IMG/VR virus record: IMGVR_UViG_3300035182_002586
Location: 310,001 to 374,000 of that record
Strand: one strand, 5' to 3'
Length of the DNA: 64,000 bases
The first letter of the stretch is position 1; each line of letters opens with the position of its first letter. Below are positions 45,848 through 55,373 of the stretch, piece by piece. Both the position numbers and the translations under genes were made by a program. Below the pieces are notes generated by a model that was not told the DNA's origin, ran no database searches, and saw only the letters and a program-made list of their open reading frames with translations.

Positions 45848-48800
45848 CTAGATCTGTGCTCTAAGGTTGAACGTGAGGACGAGGTAGAGCAGCGGGAAGA
45901 TCGGCTGATAGCTGGCCGAGAACCGGAGGATCGTGGGATCGCTCGGGTCCACCGCTGCGGTCACGTTCGCGAAGGCGCCGATGATCTCCGCCTGGATGAG
46001 CGTCTTGAAGAGCGCCGTCATCGAGACTTCGACTTCGTTGACGCGGTTCGAGAGGAACTTCGTCCCGACGAACGAGTCGAGGGTGCCGCGCGACTGCTGC
46101 TGCACGAAGTCGGCGATCTGCGTCACCGTCGGCAGACGCGTGAGCACATCCTGCATGTTGGTCGTGAAGCCCTGGCGGATGCGCAGGAACGTCACGAGGT
46201 CTTCGAGCAGGGTGACGCCCGCCACGGCCGTCTGGTTCGCTTCGACCGGATCCAGGATGCGCGGGATGCGCGTGAAGCCCTGGATGCGGCGCCGCGAGTA
46301 CGGGGTGGCCACGTCGACTGCGGGCGAGACCACCGCGCCGGCCACGGCCGCCGCGAAGAAGGTCCCGTCCACCAGGCTCTCGAACGAGTTCCCCACCTCG
46401 TCGGTCAGGGTGATGACCGCCGTGTCCGGGTAGAAGGCGACGATGCGATTCGAGAGCAGCGACTTGGCGACGCTCTGTGCCGCGGTCGGCGTGGTCCCAC
46501 CGGCGAAGCCGATGAAGCCCATGCGCTCGTTCTGGTAGCGAGCCCCCGACTGGACTTCGCAGTGGTTCGTCAGCGCCGTGTAGATCGACGTCGACGTACC
46601 GAGCGGGATGATGATGTCGGGCTTCACGTTCCCGGGGAGCGGCGTCGCCAGCGCGTTGATCGCGTTGATGAAGTCGGTGTCGCTCGCCTGGTTCGTGTTC
46701 GGGACCTTCGGCACCTGCTTGATCCCGACGAGGATGGCCCCGTTGAGGATCGCGAGGTAGGCGCCGAGGGTGACGCGGTTCTCTGCGCTCGTCGTGCCGA
46801 AGTTGGCTTCGACCGTCTTGAGCTGCTGGAAGAGCCGAGTCGAGAAGTCCTGCTTGAGGAAGCGGTACGAGATGAAGTAGAAGTCGCCGTTCTTCGGCTC
46901 GACGCCCGAGGGGGCGAAGGTGAAGAGGGTCGAGGTGTCGTTGACACCGATTCCCACCGTGTTCGCGACGATCAGCTCCAGGCCGCCGATCGCGTAGGTC
47001 GGGACGTTCGGCGAGACGTGGAACGTCTGCGAGACCGTCATGTTGAAGGACCCGCCCGGCGAGTAGCTGCCGGTCGTCGCCGGGAGCACCGTGAAGCGGA
47101 GACCCGTCACCGGATCCGTGTAGGTCTGGCCCGGGGTGCCCGTGCCGCTCGACCCGTTCGGGTTGGTGGACGTGACGGTGTAGTTGTCCTGTGCGTCCTC
47201 GCCCACGTCACCAGAGGTGCCCGGGATGATGCCCGTACCCGACTGGATGTTGAAGGCCGAGTTCGCGCTGTTCGTGAACCCGATCGACGAGGTGGCCGCG
47301 CCGGTCGTGAGCGACTCGAACGTGATGTACGTGTGACCCGCGACCGCTGCGGTGTAGGCCACCGCGCCGGCCGTGAAGGCACCGTCACTCATGAGCACGT
47401 CGACGACTTCCTGAGCCGCCACGAGGGTCTGGCTGGCCTGTGCCCCCTGCGTGAAGCCGAGGACCGTGTTGGCCGAACCCGACCCGATGATGATCGCGCT
47501 CGACGTGTCGTTCGTCGGGCTCGTGAGGCGCACCTTGTTGACGTTCGCGAGGGTACCCGCCGCCGCGACGCCCGAGAGGCCCGGGACCAGGTTGATGGCG
47601 GCTGCCACTGCGGCTGCCGTCACTGCTGCACCGCCGGGGAGGGTGACCGAGTAGTCGACCCCGTTGACCCGGACGAGGAGCGTGTCGTTGAGGCCCGTCG
47701 TGATGTTGAACGGACCGACGCTGGTGCCGAGGATGGTCGCCGGCTTGTTGACGGCGCCCGGGGTGCCGTCCGCACGGGCGAAGGTCGTGAACCCGAGGAG
47801 GGTCTCGGCCGTGCCCTGACGGACGCGCACGTAGCTCGCGGCGTCGAATCCGCCCGGAAGGGCAGCCGGCGTCGAGTAGCTCTGGATGGCGAAGAACACC
47901 GGACCGCCCGCGCCGCCGATCTGGAACGACGTGGCGAGGTTGTTCGGCGCCGTGCCCGCGAAGGCCGGGGCAGCGTCGATGGCGGCGTTGATGTCCGTGA
48001 GGATCTGCGCGACCGTACGGACGCCGGACGTGAGGGCCACCGACACGTCGGTGCCGTCGATCGTCAGGTTCAGCACGTTGTTCGGCGAGGCCGGCACCGT
48101 GATCTGGTTCAGACCCGTGACCGACACGCGCGCGCCGACGAGCCAGCCCTTCGAGGCGGTCGCGAGGTTGTCCGTGATGTCGACGCCGTTGACCTTCGTG
48201 ACCCACGTTGCCGAGGTCGAGGCGAAGAAGTTGTACGGCGAGCCGCCCGCGATCGTGTACGCGGCGTTCGTGGCCGATGCGGTCCCGAAGGTGACCGTGA
48301 CGGTCTCGGACACTGCCGTACCCGCACCCGTGTGGTACGCGTCGGGGATCGTCTCCGAACCACGCGGCCACTGGACCGTCTGCGACAGGCCCGACTTCGT
48401 GCCGAAGCGCACCTGGTAGAGACCCGCGTTCTTCAGCGTCGAGAAGAGCGTGTACTGACCCGACCCCACCGGCCCTGCGACCGTGTTGGTGAGGATGAAC
48501 GTGTCGTCCGAGACCTTGTTGTAGTAGAAGGTCGCGTAGACGTTCCAGTCCGGCGGCAGTGCGTTCTTGAGGGTGATGCGGCGGTTCACGCCGTCGACTG
48601 CCGTGACCGTCTGCACCGGACGGTTGAGAGCATCACGGAGGTTGCGACCCGCATAGACCACCACGAGGTCCGGGCGGTTCGTCACGAGGTCCTGACGCGC
48701 GTTCGCCACCGCGTTGTAGAGCGGGAGGCCGAGCGGCGTGTTGCGACCGTTGCCGGTCGTCGGGATCTCGGGGAGGAGGAAGTCCGTCGTCGAGGTCACC

Positions 48801-50116
48801 GCGGGGATGACCGAGGTGTCGACCACCGGCACGCAGGCCGCGAGCCACATCTTCTGGTCGATGAGGGTCGGGATGATCTGCTGCGTCCCGAAGGGCGTCG
48901 CACCCGGGGTCGTCGTGGTCGGCGTGACCGAGTAGCCGACGCCCCAGTTGACGATCGAGACCGTCGGGCTCGGGTTCGCGATCACGAAGTCCTGGCCCTG
49001 GAGGAAGTCGTTGCGGCCTGCCGAGATGCCGCAGCGGATCACGCTCGTGATCGAGGTGTTCGGCAGGTAGTCGAACGTCCCCTGCCAGGTGTTCGCCCAG
49101 TACTGGATGGTGACGCTGCTACCCGGGGCGGGCGGCGAGGCGAGGGTCACGATGCCGTTGGCACCGTCGACCGCCGTGGGGATCACCTGGATGTTGTTCA
49201 CCTTGACGACGACCTTCGAGGGGTCCGTCGTCGTCGTGCCGGCGCTCGTCCCGTCCACGATCGGACGCTGGAAGACGCGGAACGCGGCGTTGCGGCCGGT
49301 GCTCGCGCCCGACGTGAAGCCGAGCGGACCGTTCGCGTTGCCGTCTCCGATGAGGAGGGAGACCGTCGAGGTGAACTGGAGGTGGTTGCGGCCCTGCGGG
49401 TCGATGTAGACCGAGGTGGAGAGCCCCGGCACCAGCGCCGCATCGATCATCGCCTTGAGCGAGACCGCGGTGGTGGACGAACCAGGGGTCAACACGATGG
49501 TGGCCGTGCCACCGTTCACCGTGATGACGAACGTGTCGCTGATGCCAGCCTGGATGTTGAAGGGCTCGTAGCCCGGGCCGATCAGCGTCGCGTTGGTCGA
49601 GGTGACCTGCGACGACACGTCGTCGGTGAAGCTCGTGTCACCGCGGTGGAAGAAGTAGGTGCAGCGCACCGTGTCGGTCGGCTGGGTGGGCACCTGGAGG
49701 GTCACGAGACCCTTCGCGCCCTGCACCGAACCGATGGCGACCGGCGTGCCGTTCACCGTCACGACCACGCTGCGGACGTCGTTGGTGACGCGCCCGAAGC
49801 CCTGACCGTCGACGAGCGGGAAGTTGCGGACCCGGAAGGTCGAACGCGTGCCGTCCTGCGCACCGAGGACGAGGTTCTGAGGGTTCGTCGCATCGACGAC
49901 CCAGCTCAGGCTCACGTCTTCTGCGGTGACCTCGGTGTCGACCGTGGAGCTAGATCCACGGACCATCTCCAGGTCGAGCTGCTCCAGCTCTTCCTGACCG
50001 ACACCGATGATCGCCGGGATACGCAGACCCGCGACCACGTTCTGGAGGTTGACCTCCGCAAGGGTTCGCGTGTAGACGCCGGGCGGGACGTAGCTGATGA
50101 ACGGACCCAAGGCCAT
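45848..50116 (-). CDS. contractile tail sheath protein (very large, 1423 aa)
   Basis: N-terminal YVPPGVYT and C-terminal sheath core (ERMGFIG...GTFFAAAVAG...RIRQGFTT...PIFPLLYLVLTF). Confidence 0.88.
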   Translation of the reverse strand: MALGPFISYVPPGVYTRTLAEVNLQNVVAGLRIPAIIGVGQEELEQLDLEMVRGSSSTVDTEVTAEDVSLSWVVDATNPQNLVLGAQDGTRSTFRVRNFPLVDGQGFGRVTNDVRSVVVTVNGTPVAIGSVQGAKGLVTLQVPTQPTDTVRCTYFFHRGDTSFTDDVSSQVTSTNATLIGPGYEPFNIQAGISDTFVITVNGGTATIVLTPGSSTTAVSLKAMIDAALVPGLSTSVYIDPQGRNHLQFTSTVSLLIGDGNANGPLGFTSGASTGRNAAFRVFQRPIVDGTSAGTTTTDPSKVVVKVNNIQVIPTAVDGANGIVTLASPPAPGSSVTIQYWANTWQGTFDYLPNTSITSVIRCGISAGRNDFLQGQDFVIANPSPTVSIVNWGVGYSVTPTTTTPGATPFGTQQIIPTLIDQKMWLAACVPVVDTSVIPAVTSTTDFLLPEIPTTGNGRNTPLGLPLYNAVANARQDLVTNRPDLVVVYAGRNLRDALNRPVQTVTAVDGVNRRITLKNALPPDWNVYATFYYNKVSDDTFILTNTVAGPVGSGQYTLFSTLKNAGLYQVRFGTKSGLSQTVQWPRGSETIPDAYHTGAGTAVSETVTVTFGTASATNAAYTIAGGSPYNFFASTSATWVTKVNGVDITDNLATASKGWLVGARVSVTGLNQITVPASPNNVLNLTIDGTDVSVALTSGVRTVAQILTDINAAIDAAPAFAGTAPNNLATSFQIGGAGGPVFFAIQSYSTPAALPGGFDAASYVRVRQGTAETLLGFTTFARADGTPGAVNKPATILGTSVGPFNITTGLNDTLLVRVNGVDYSVTLPGGAAVTAAAVAAAINLVPGLSGVAAAGTLANVNKVRLTSPTNDTSSAIIIGSGSANTVLGFTQGAQASQTLVAAQEVVDVLMSDGAFTAGAVAYTAAVAGHTYITFESLTTGAATSSIGFTNSANSAFNIQSGTGIIPGTSGDVGEDAQDNYTVTSTNPNGSSGTGTPGQTYTDPVTGLRFTVLPATTGSYSPGGSFNMTVSQTFHVSPNVPTYAIGGLELIVANTVGIGVNDTSTLFTFAPSGVEPKNGDFYFISYRFLKQDFSTRLFQQLKTVEANFGTTSAENRVTLGAYLAILNGAILVGIKQVPKVPNTNQASDTDFINAINALATPLPGNVKPDIIIPLGTSTSIYTALTNHCEVQSGARYQNERMGFIGFAGGTTPTAAQSVAKSLLSNRIVAFYPDTAVITLTDEVGNSFESLVDGTFFAAAVAGAVVSPAVDVATPYSRRRIQGFTRIPRILDPVEANQTAVAGVTLLEDLVTFLRIRQGFTTNMQDVLTRLPTVTQIADFVQQQSRGTLDSFVGTKFLSNRVNEVEVSMTALFKTLIQAEIIGAFANVTAAVDPSDPTILRFSASYQPIFPLLYLVLTFNLRAQI

Positions 50117-50315
50117 GGGGGTGGTCTCCTCGGAGGGGCGGCAGAGCTTCTTTGATCCAGATTTCGGGTCAAACAATGACCCACACAACCGTCAAGCCGT
50201 CCCCACTTGGACGACCAGCCTTTGATCCCATCCGTTATGAATCCGATCTTGCCGCTGGTGAGGCGGCTACGACTCGGCGTACCGAGCCGTACAGCACACG
50301 GCCCGCATAAGACGA

Positions 50316-50756
50316 CTATTTGGCCACAGCGCCTTTCGGAGCTTTCCCGGATCGAAGCGTCTCGATGGCCTGCTTCGCCAACCGACGGCGAGCATCGCGG
50401 CCGGCTTCGCCCATGGGGCGGTACTCCGTCGCCTCGGAGGAGTCCTCTCGCATGAGGGCGTGGGTTCCCGCCGCCTCACGGGCCGCCTGCTTGATCTTGT
50501 CCCGCTCCTCGTTGAACTCCCGCTTTTTGTCCGCGTCCCTCCCGATCAGCTTGTCGGCCGTCGGGTAGTCGTGGTCGTGGACGCCCGAGTTGGCCGTCGC
50601 TGACCCCCCGGGAGCGAAGGCGAACGAGAACCCCTCGATGACCCTCGGCGCCCCTTCCTTACAAGAGGGGCAGGGGTGGCTCTCGTGGTCCCCCATCTTC
50701 AGGTTGCGGTCGAACTTGACGTTGCAGTCCTGGCACTCGAACGTGTACACGGGCAT
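50316..50756 (-). CDS. FmdB-family zinc-ribbon protein
   Basis: MPVYTFECQDC...CPSC...RVIEGFSFAF. Confidence 0.85.
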   Translation of the reverse strand: MPVYTFECQDCNVKFDRNLKMGDHESHPCPSCKEGAPRVIEGFSFAFAPGGSATANSGVHDHDYPTADKLIGRDADKKREFNEERDKIKQAAREAAGTHALMREDSSEATEYRPMGEAGRDARRRLAKQAIETLRSGKAPKGAVAK

Positions 50757-50786
50757 GGGACTTCTCCGATCTTCATCTGATGTAGG

Positions 50787-51965
50787 TCACAGGATGCGCT
50801 CGAACTTGTCGTTCCTCCCCACGGCGATGGGGACGGTCGCGAAGTAGAGCCCGCCAGGAATGTCGCTCACGAGGCCAGGCGGGCTCCCGTCCCTGGCTCC
50901 GGTGTAGCCAGGCGTGAGCTTGCTGATGGTCAGCGGGAGCGGGATGTGGATCTCCCAGTCCGACTGGAACGTCGCGGACAAGGAAGCCGTGTAGTACCGA
51001 ATGTCCGCCGTTTCGTCGTAGGACTCTTCGGCCTCACCACCCATGGAGAAGTCCGTCAGCTCGATCCCGTCGAAGGACAGGTTGGCTCGCTTCTCGCCCC
51101 ACATGTACATGATGGCGAGGTCTGCGACTTCTTCCATCGCGTTGGTGTCGTTCGCCACGATCACGGAGAGGTCGAAGTTGATGTCCCATCGACCGCCGTA
51201 GGCGTTCGCGGTGTCGACACGATCGGGGTAGACGACGATCGCCACCTTGTCCCCGACCTTCGACCGCTTGCCGAAAGCGAGCACGACCCCAGGAAGGGTC
51301 TTGAAGTCCGCGTTATTCCACTGGTACGGGACAGGACCGATCGACTGTGTGGCATAGCGGTAGTCCGCCGTCACGATCGCGTCCGGGGGGAACTGCCCGA
51401 TGAATCGGATCGCACCCGTCCTGTAGTCGACAGTGTAGTCGGCCCCCTCTTCGAGTAGGAACCGTCTGTCCTGCCACAGGCGCAGGGTGTTCTTCACTGG
51501 CACCTGCTGGAGTTGCGCCTCACGCTCGACGCCCGAGATGAAGTGCAGCAAAGCCTCGTCCGTGACCGTGAGAAGCGGGTCGATGACGAACGTGCCCGTG
51601 TCGTTGACGTTATCGGGAACCGTCAGGATCTCCAGGTAGTAGACCCCGGGCGGCGTGGGCATCACATCCCCGTTCGCCTTCACCGCTTCGAGGTCCTCTC
51701 GGACCCACTCGATCGGGTTGGCGATCGGGGGGACGTACGCGAGCATCACATAGCTCTTGACCGTCCCGATGAAGTTGTCGGCCGAGAGTTGGACCTTGTT
51801 GGCCGTCGACCCCTTCACCACGATGCCGAGCTGCGGCCGCTCATCGAAGGCGAACCGGTTCTGGATGAAGGGGGTGATCTTCTCGTAGATGGGGTGCCGG
51901 GAGAAACTGTCCTGCAACTCCGCGATCAGGCGACGCTTGAGGGAGTTGATGAGGTAGTAGAACAA
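50787..51965 (-). CDS. putative tail completion/terminator-like structural protein
   Basis: Upstream of the sheath; beta-rich insert (EEGADYTVDY); function inferred from position only. Confidence 0.45.
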   Translation of the reverse strand: MFYYLINSLKRRLIAELQDSFSRHPIYEKITPFIQNRFAFDERPQLGIVVKGSTANKVQLSADNFIGTVKSYVMLAYVPPIANPIEWVREDLEAVKANGDVMPTPPGVYYLEILTVPDNVNDTGTFVIDPLLTVTDEALLHFISGVEREAQLQQVPVKNTLRLWQDRRFLLEEGADYTVDYRTGAIRFIGQFPPDAIVTADYRYATQSIGPVPYQWNNADFKTLPGVVLAFGKRSKVGDKVAIVVYPDRVDTANAYGGRWDINFDLSVIVANDTNAMEEVADLAIMYMWGEKRANLSFDGIELTDFSMGGEAEESYDETADIRYYTASLSATFQSDWEIHIPLPLTISKLTPGYTGARDGSPPGLVSDIPGGLYFATVPIAVGRNDKFERIL

Positions 51966-52035
51966 GGGGGCCTCTGGCTTGCGCGGTGGAGGACCCGGCC
52001 AAGGGAAGCCTTACAGCCTCACCCCCAGGTCCCGA

Positions 52036-52449
52036 TCAACGAACGGTGAGATTGTCCGGGTTGAGCCGGGTGATGTGGCCGTGAACGAGGTTCGCGAGAT
52101 TGCGGCCCATCTCGTTGGCATCGATGAAGACGCTTCCGCCCCCGTGGACGTCGAATCGACCTTCCACGAGGATGGCCGACGCGATCGCCTTCACGGCCTT
52201 ACCGTCGGCGAAGAGGGACACGGAGATCTGGCCCCGCGTCTTGGGGTTCTCGATGATGAACGCCCCTGTCAGCTCGGTGTTCGAGGTCGTCACGCGACGA
52301 TCGAGCTTCCAGCCGAGGCCCATGGATGCCTCGAACGAATAGGCCAACGTCTGTGCGAACGAGGCGAAGTAGTCCGCCATGCTTGCACCCGAAGCCGTCT
52401 TCGGATCCGAGGCCGTCTTCCATGCAGGGTGGTTGGGGGCGTAGTGCAT
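52036..52449 (-). CDS. hypothetical protein with KTAS motifs
   Basis: WKTASDPKTASG N-terminus; AGGAG upstream. Confidence 0.65.
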   Translation of the reverse strand: MHYAPNHPAWKTASDPKTASGASMADYFASFAQTLAYSFEASMGLGWKLDRRVTTSNTELTGAFIIENPKTRGQISVSLFADGKAVKAIASAILVEGRFDVHGGGSVFIDANEMGRNLANLVHGHITRLNPDNLTVR

Positions 52450-52460
52450 CGAACGGTCTC

Positions 52461-53474
52461 CTACTCCGAGTGGGCATCACGCGCGAGAACCAGCAGGCCC
52501 TCGGCTACGGCGGTCATCGGGTCCTTCGCCTGACGGACCTCGCTGATCGGGATCGGGAAGCCGCGCTTCTTCACGGCCTCGAACTCTTCCTTGAAGATGT
52601 CCATGAACCCGTCGGCCTTCGACGTACCGCCGGAGACGACGAACGGGATGGCATCGGGGAGGTCGATCTTCGTTTGGCTCTTGCGGAACTGCGCTGCGAT
52701 GTTGTCGAGGCAGTACGTGATGAGGGCGCGGATGTAGAGCGCGATCGCCTCCTGCTCACGGCCAACCGGCTTCGTGAGATTGACGCCCTTCTCCTTGATC
52801 GCGCACATGCGGGCCGGCGTTGAACCCATCGCCTTGGCTGCGTGGGCGTCGACCCAATCACCGCCACGTGCGAGGGCGAACGAGAGACCCTCGACCGTCT
52901 GGTACGAGAGGGCCACGTTGCACATACCCGACCCGAAGCTCACCGCGAGACCTGAGAAGCCGTCGTCCGCGCAGTTCGAGTAGACGATGGCCATCGCCTC
53001 GTTCGTCGGGACGGCCTTGTACCCGTGCTCGGTGATGATCTTCCGGAAGATCTCAGTGTGGTACACGATGTCCTGGCCTTCGTCGTCGACCGGGGCAGCG
53101 GGCACGCTGTAGTAGCAGTTCTCGCCGGAGACGACCGGATCCTCCAGGACCTTGTAGACGAGAAGGCTCAGGATCTCCTGCGCGTCCACCTCGGCGGAGG
53201 ACACGACACCCCGTGCCAGCGGACGGCGCACGTCACGCTTGAACAGGTTTGCCATCGTAAGGGCACTGTCCCCGATGACGATGATCTGCCCATCCTTCTC
53301 GATGTACGAGACCTTGGACATCCTGAGAGAGCGTTTCGCCTCCGGGTCTAGATCCAGGAAGGCGTCGCGGACCCTCTGTGTCACGGTTTTGTCGTTGTCG
53401 TTCGTGCGAGCAGAAACCAAATTCATGGTTCCCACGTCGAGTCCGACCCCAGGTCTCATTTTCGCGTCGCCCAT
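52461..53474 (-). CDS. actin-like (ASKHA) ATPase
   Basis: GLDVGT (phosphate 1), NEAMA (connect 1), SFGSGMCNV (phosphate 2), VSGGTS (adenosine), DPMTAVAEG (connect 2). Confidence 0.88.
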   Translation of the reverse strand: MGDAKMRPGVGLDVGTMNLVSARTNDNDKTVTQRVRDAFLDLDPEAKRSLRMSKVSYIEKDGQIIVIGDSALTMANLFKRDVRRPLARGVVSSAEVDAQEILSLLVYKVLEDPVVSGENCYYSVPAAPVDDEGQDIVYHTEIFRKIITEHGYKAVPTNEAMAIVYSNCADDGFSGLAVSFGSGMCNVALSYQTVEGLSFALARGGDWVDAHAAKAMGSTPARMCAIKEKGVNLTKPVGREQEAIALYIRALITYCLDNIAAQFRKSQTKIDLPDAIPFVVSGGTSKADGFMDIFKEEFEAVKKRGFPIPISEVRQAKDPMTAVAEGLLVLARDAHSE

Positions 53475-54262
53475 TTGATCTTCTCCCTGATTCGATTTTC
53501 ACATGCTGCGGGGTCTGTCTGGATGTCACGTTCCCACAGACGAAGCACAGACAGCCCTCGCATCAAAGCCTGCTTGTCGGCCAAAGTGTCCAGCCCCTTG
53601 CGTTGTCTCTGCCTCGGGCTGAGTTGCTTGTAAACGGCTGGATTACCGTGCCAGTAATCTCCGGTTTGGATCACAACTCCCAGGGAGGGGATAAGAAAGT
53701 CCACGGTGAAGTCCCCCACCTGTCCCTGTGCGACGAAATCCACCGTGAGGCGTTCTAGTACCCCTCTGACCCAAGCCTCAATTTTCGTCTCCCGTCGTTG
53801 AAACTTGCGAAGCCTCTCTGGTGAGGCAGCTCGGAGCTTGGCCTTGTACTCCTCTGCCTGAGTTGGACCGTACGTTTCTTCGTAGGAGCGCCCCGCTTTA
53901 GACTGGACGTGTGCTCTGATCCCACGTGTGATCTCAGCGACGTACTTGGGATCTTGGTAGAGGTGTTTGACCCTGTGGACAGGGTTCGCTTCACCTCGCT
54001 GCTGCTCTCCGAACTCGGGGTGCACACGATGCCATCGACAAAGAGGGTTTCGGTCCCCCTCCAACCATGGCTTGTCCCTCTCAGAAAGCGTCTTGGTACG
54101 TAGCCCATGCCGACGTAGTTCACGCTGGATCGTTGCGGACCCGCAGTGGAAAAACGTCTTCAAATCTGACAGCCGTGCGTCTGGATTCGCAGCCAGTACG
54201 GCTTCCAGTTCGGCTTTGGGTATCTCTCGCCCAGGCATTGTTCCTACATCTGAGCCTGGCAT
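53456..54262 (-). mobile_element. free-standing Vsr/DUF559-like endonuclease, possibly degenerate
   Basis: ETKIE...FTVDFLIP...VIQTGDYWHGNP...LRLWERDI; lower GC3; overlaps the actin-like gene start. Confidence 0.75.
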
Positions 54263-54273
54263 AAGAGCAATCT

Positions 54274-55002
54274 CTAGCGGCAGTCGTACTTGTAGCCCGA
54301 CTGAGAAGCCGTCTTCGCCGTCCTCTGGTTCAGGAGGTAGACGAACTCCTCGTGCTTGTCGGCGATGCCCTGGAGCATGTTGTCCGTGCCCGACGAGAGC
54401 ATGTTGAGGGCCGTCAGGTCCGCCCTCACAGCCTCGACGAGCGCGATGGCCATCTTCACGACCGCCAGACTGCACGCAGGGAAGTTCGCAGGCCCTTCGA
54501 GACCTTCCGGCTGCGCGTAGGCCACGAGAACCGCCTGGTGGGCCATCTGGATGACCGGACCCACGTACTCGACGCCCCCCGTGCTGACCGTGCGCTCGGC
54601 CCACGAGTCGATCAGCCCGTTCGTGTCGTTGTAGAGGCGATCGAAGAGAAGGTGGTCCCCGTAGTAGTCCGGGCCCCTCGTCTGCCAGTGGTGCGTCTGG
54701 TGGATGACGGTCTCCGCCCGGAGCATCGACAGCAGCACGCCCATGAGCCCGAAGGGACCCGCGTACTGCGCCTTCAAGAGCCCGAAGACCTTCTCCGGAG
54801 ACGCTCCCGCAAGCCACTGTGACGGCGGCAGCATGAGCGGCGTGTCTGCGCCGACCGCCGCCGTCTTCGGACGTGCGGATGCAATCGGAGCCCCATCGAC
54901 GGTCTGACCGGGGAGGTAGGGCGGACCGTGCGCGAAGTGGTTGTACTGCGTAGGGTCGTGCCAGATCGCGTAGGCTGCCGCGCCGTTGGGATCGTGAGCC
55001 AT
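54274..55002 (-). CDS. Dps/ferritin-like protein with N-terminal extension
   Basis: HQTHHWQTRGPDYYGDHLLFDRLYND...IDSWAER...DKHEEFVYLL. Confidence 0.8.
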   Translation of the reverse strand: MAHDPNGAAAYAIWHDPTQYNHFAHGPPYLPGQTVDGAPIASARPKTAAVGADTPLMLPPSQWLAGASPEKVFGLLKAQYAGPFGLMGVLLSMLRAETVIHQTHHWQTRGPDYYGDHLLFDRLYNDTNGLIDSWAERTVSTGGVEYVGPVIQMAHQAVLVAYAQPEGLEGPANFPACSLAVVKMAIALVEAVRADLTALNMLSSGTDNMLQGIADKHEEFVYLLNQRTAKTASQSGYKYDCR

Positions 55003-55334
55003 CACTTCACCGCCTTGTCCTTCAGCAGCGTACGGAGGTGCTCGATGTCGCCCGGGAAGATCCAGCCTTCCCACGCCTTCGTGAGCTTGGCCTCCGCCGC
55101 CTTGAACGCGGGACCAACCTTCGGATCGAGCGCGATGGGAGAGTCGGACTCCAGGGCACTCAGCTCGATGTGGGCGTCCTGGAGGAGCTTCCCCGCTTCC
55201 TTGAGGGCGTGCTCGATCTTCGCGAGCTGCGCGAGGTACTTGGGCACGTTGGCCTGGAGCTGCTCCGGGTGCGGGACGACCCTGGCAAGGACCTCTCGCG
55301 ACTGCTGAATGAGACTGGCCTGACGAGCGTGCAT
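55002..55334 (-). CDS. hypothetical helical protein
   Basis: MHARQASL...; AGGAG upstream; ATGA overlap with the next gene. Confidence 0.65.
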   Translation of the reverse strand: MHARQASLIQQSREVLARVVPHPEQLQANVPKYLAQLAKIEHALKEAGKLLQDAHIELSALESDSPIALDPKVGPAFKAAEAKLTKAWEGWIFPGDIEHLRTLLKDKAVK

Positions 55335-55373
55335 GGGGGCTCTCCTACAGGGCGTCTTTGACAAGGAACTTTA

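Noticed and set aside
45623-50155. 1510-aa plus-strand ORF, and similar long ORFs 4273..6786 and 34954..36390
   Set aside because: Arg/Leu/Val-rich antisense shadows of high-GC3 minus-strand genes with no motifs.
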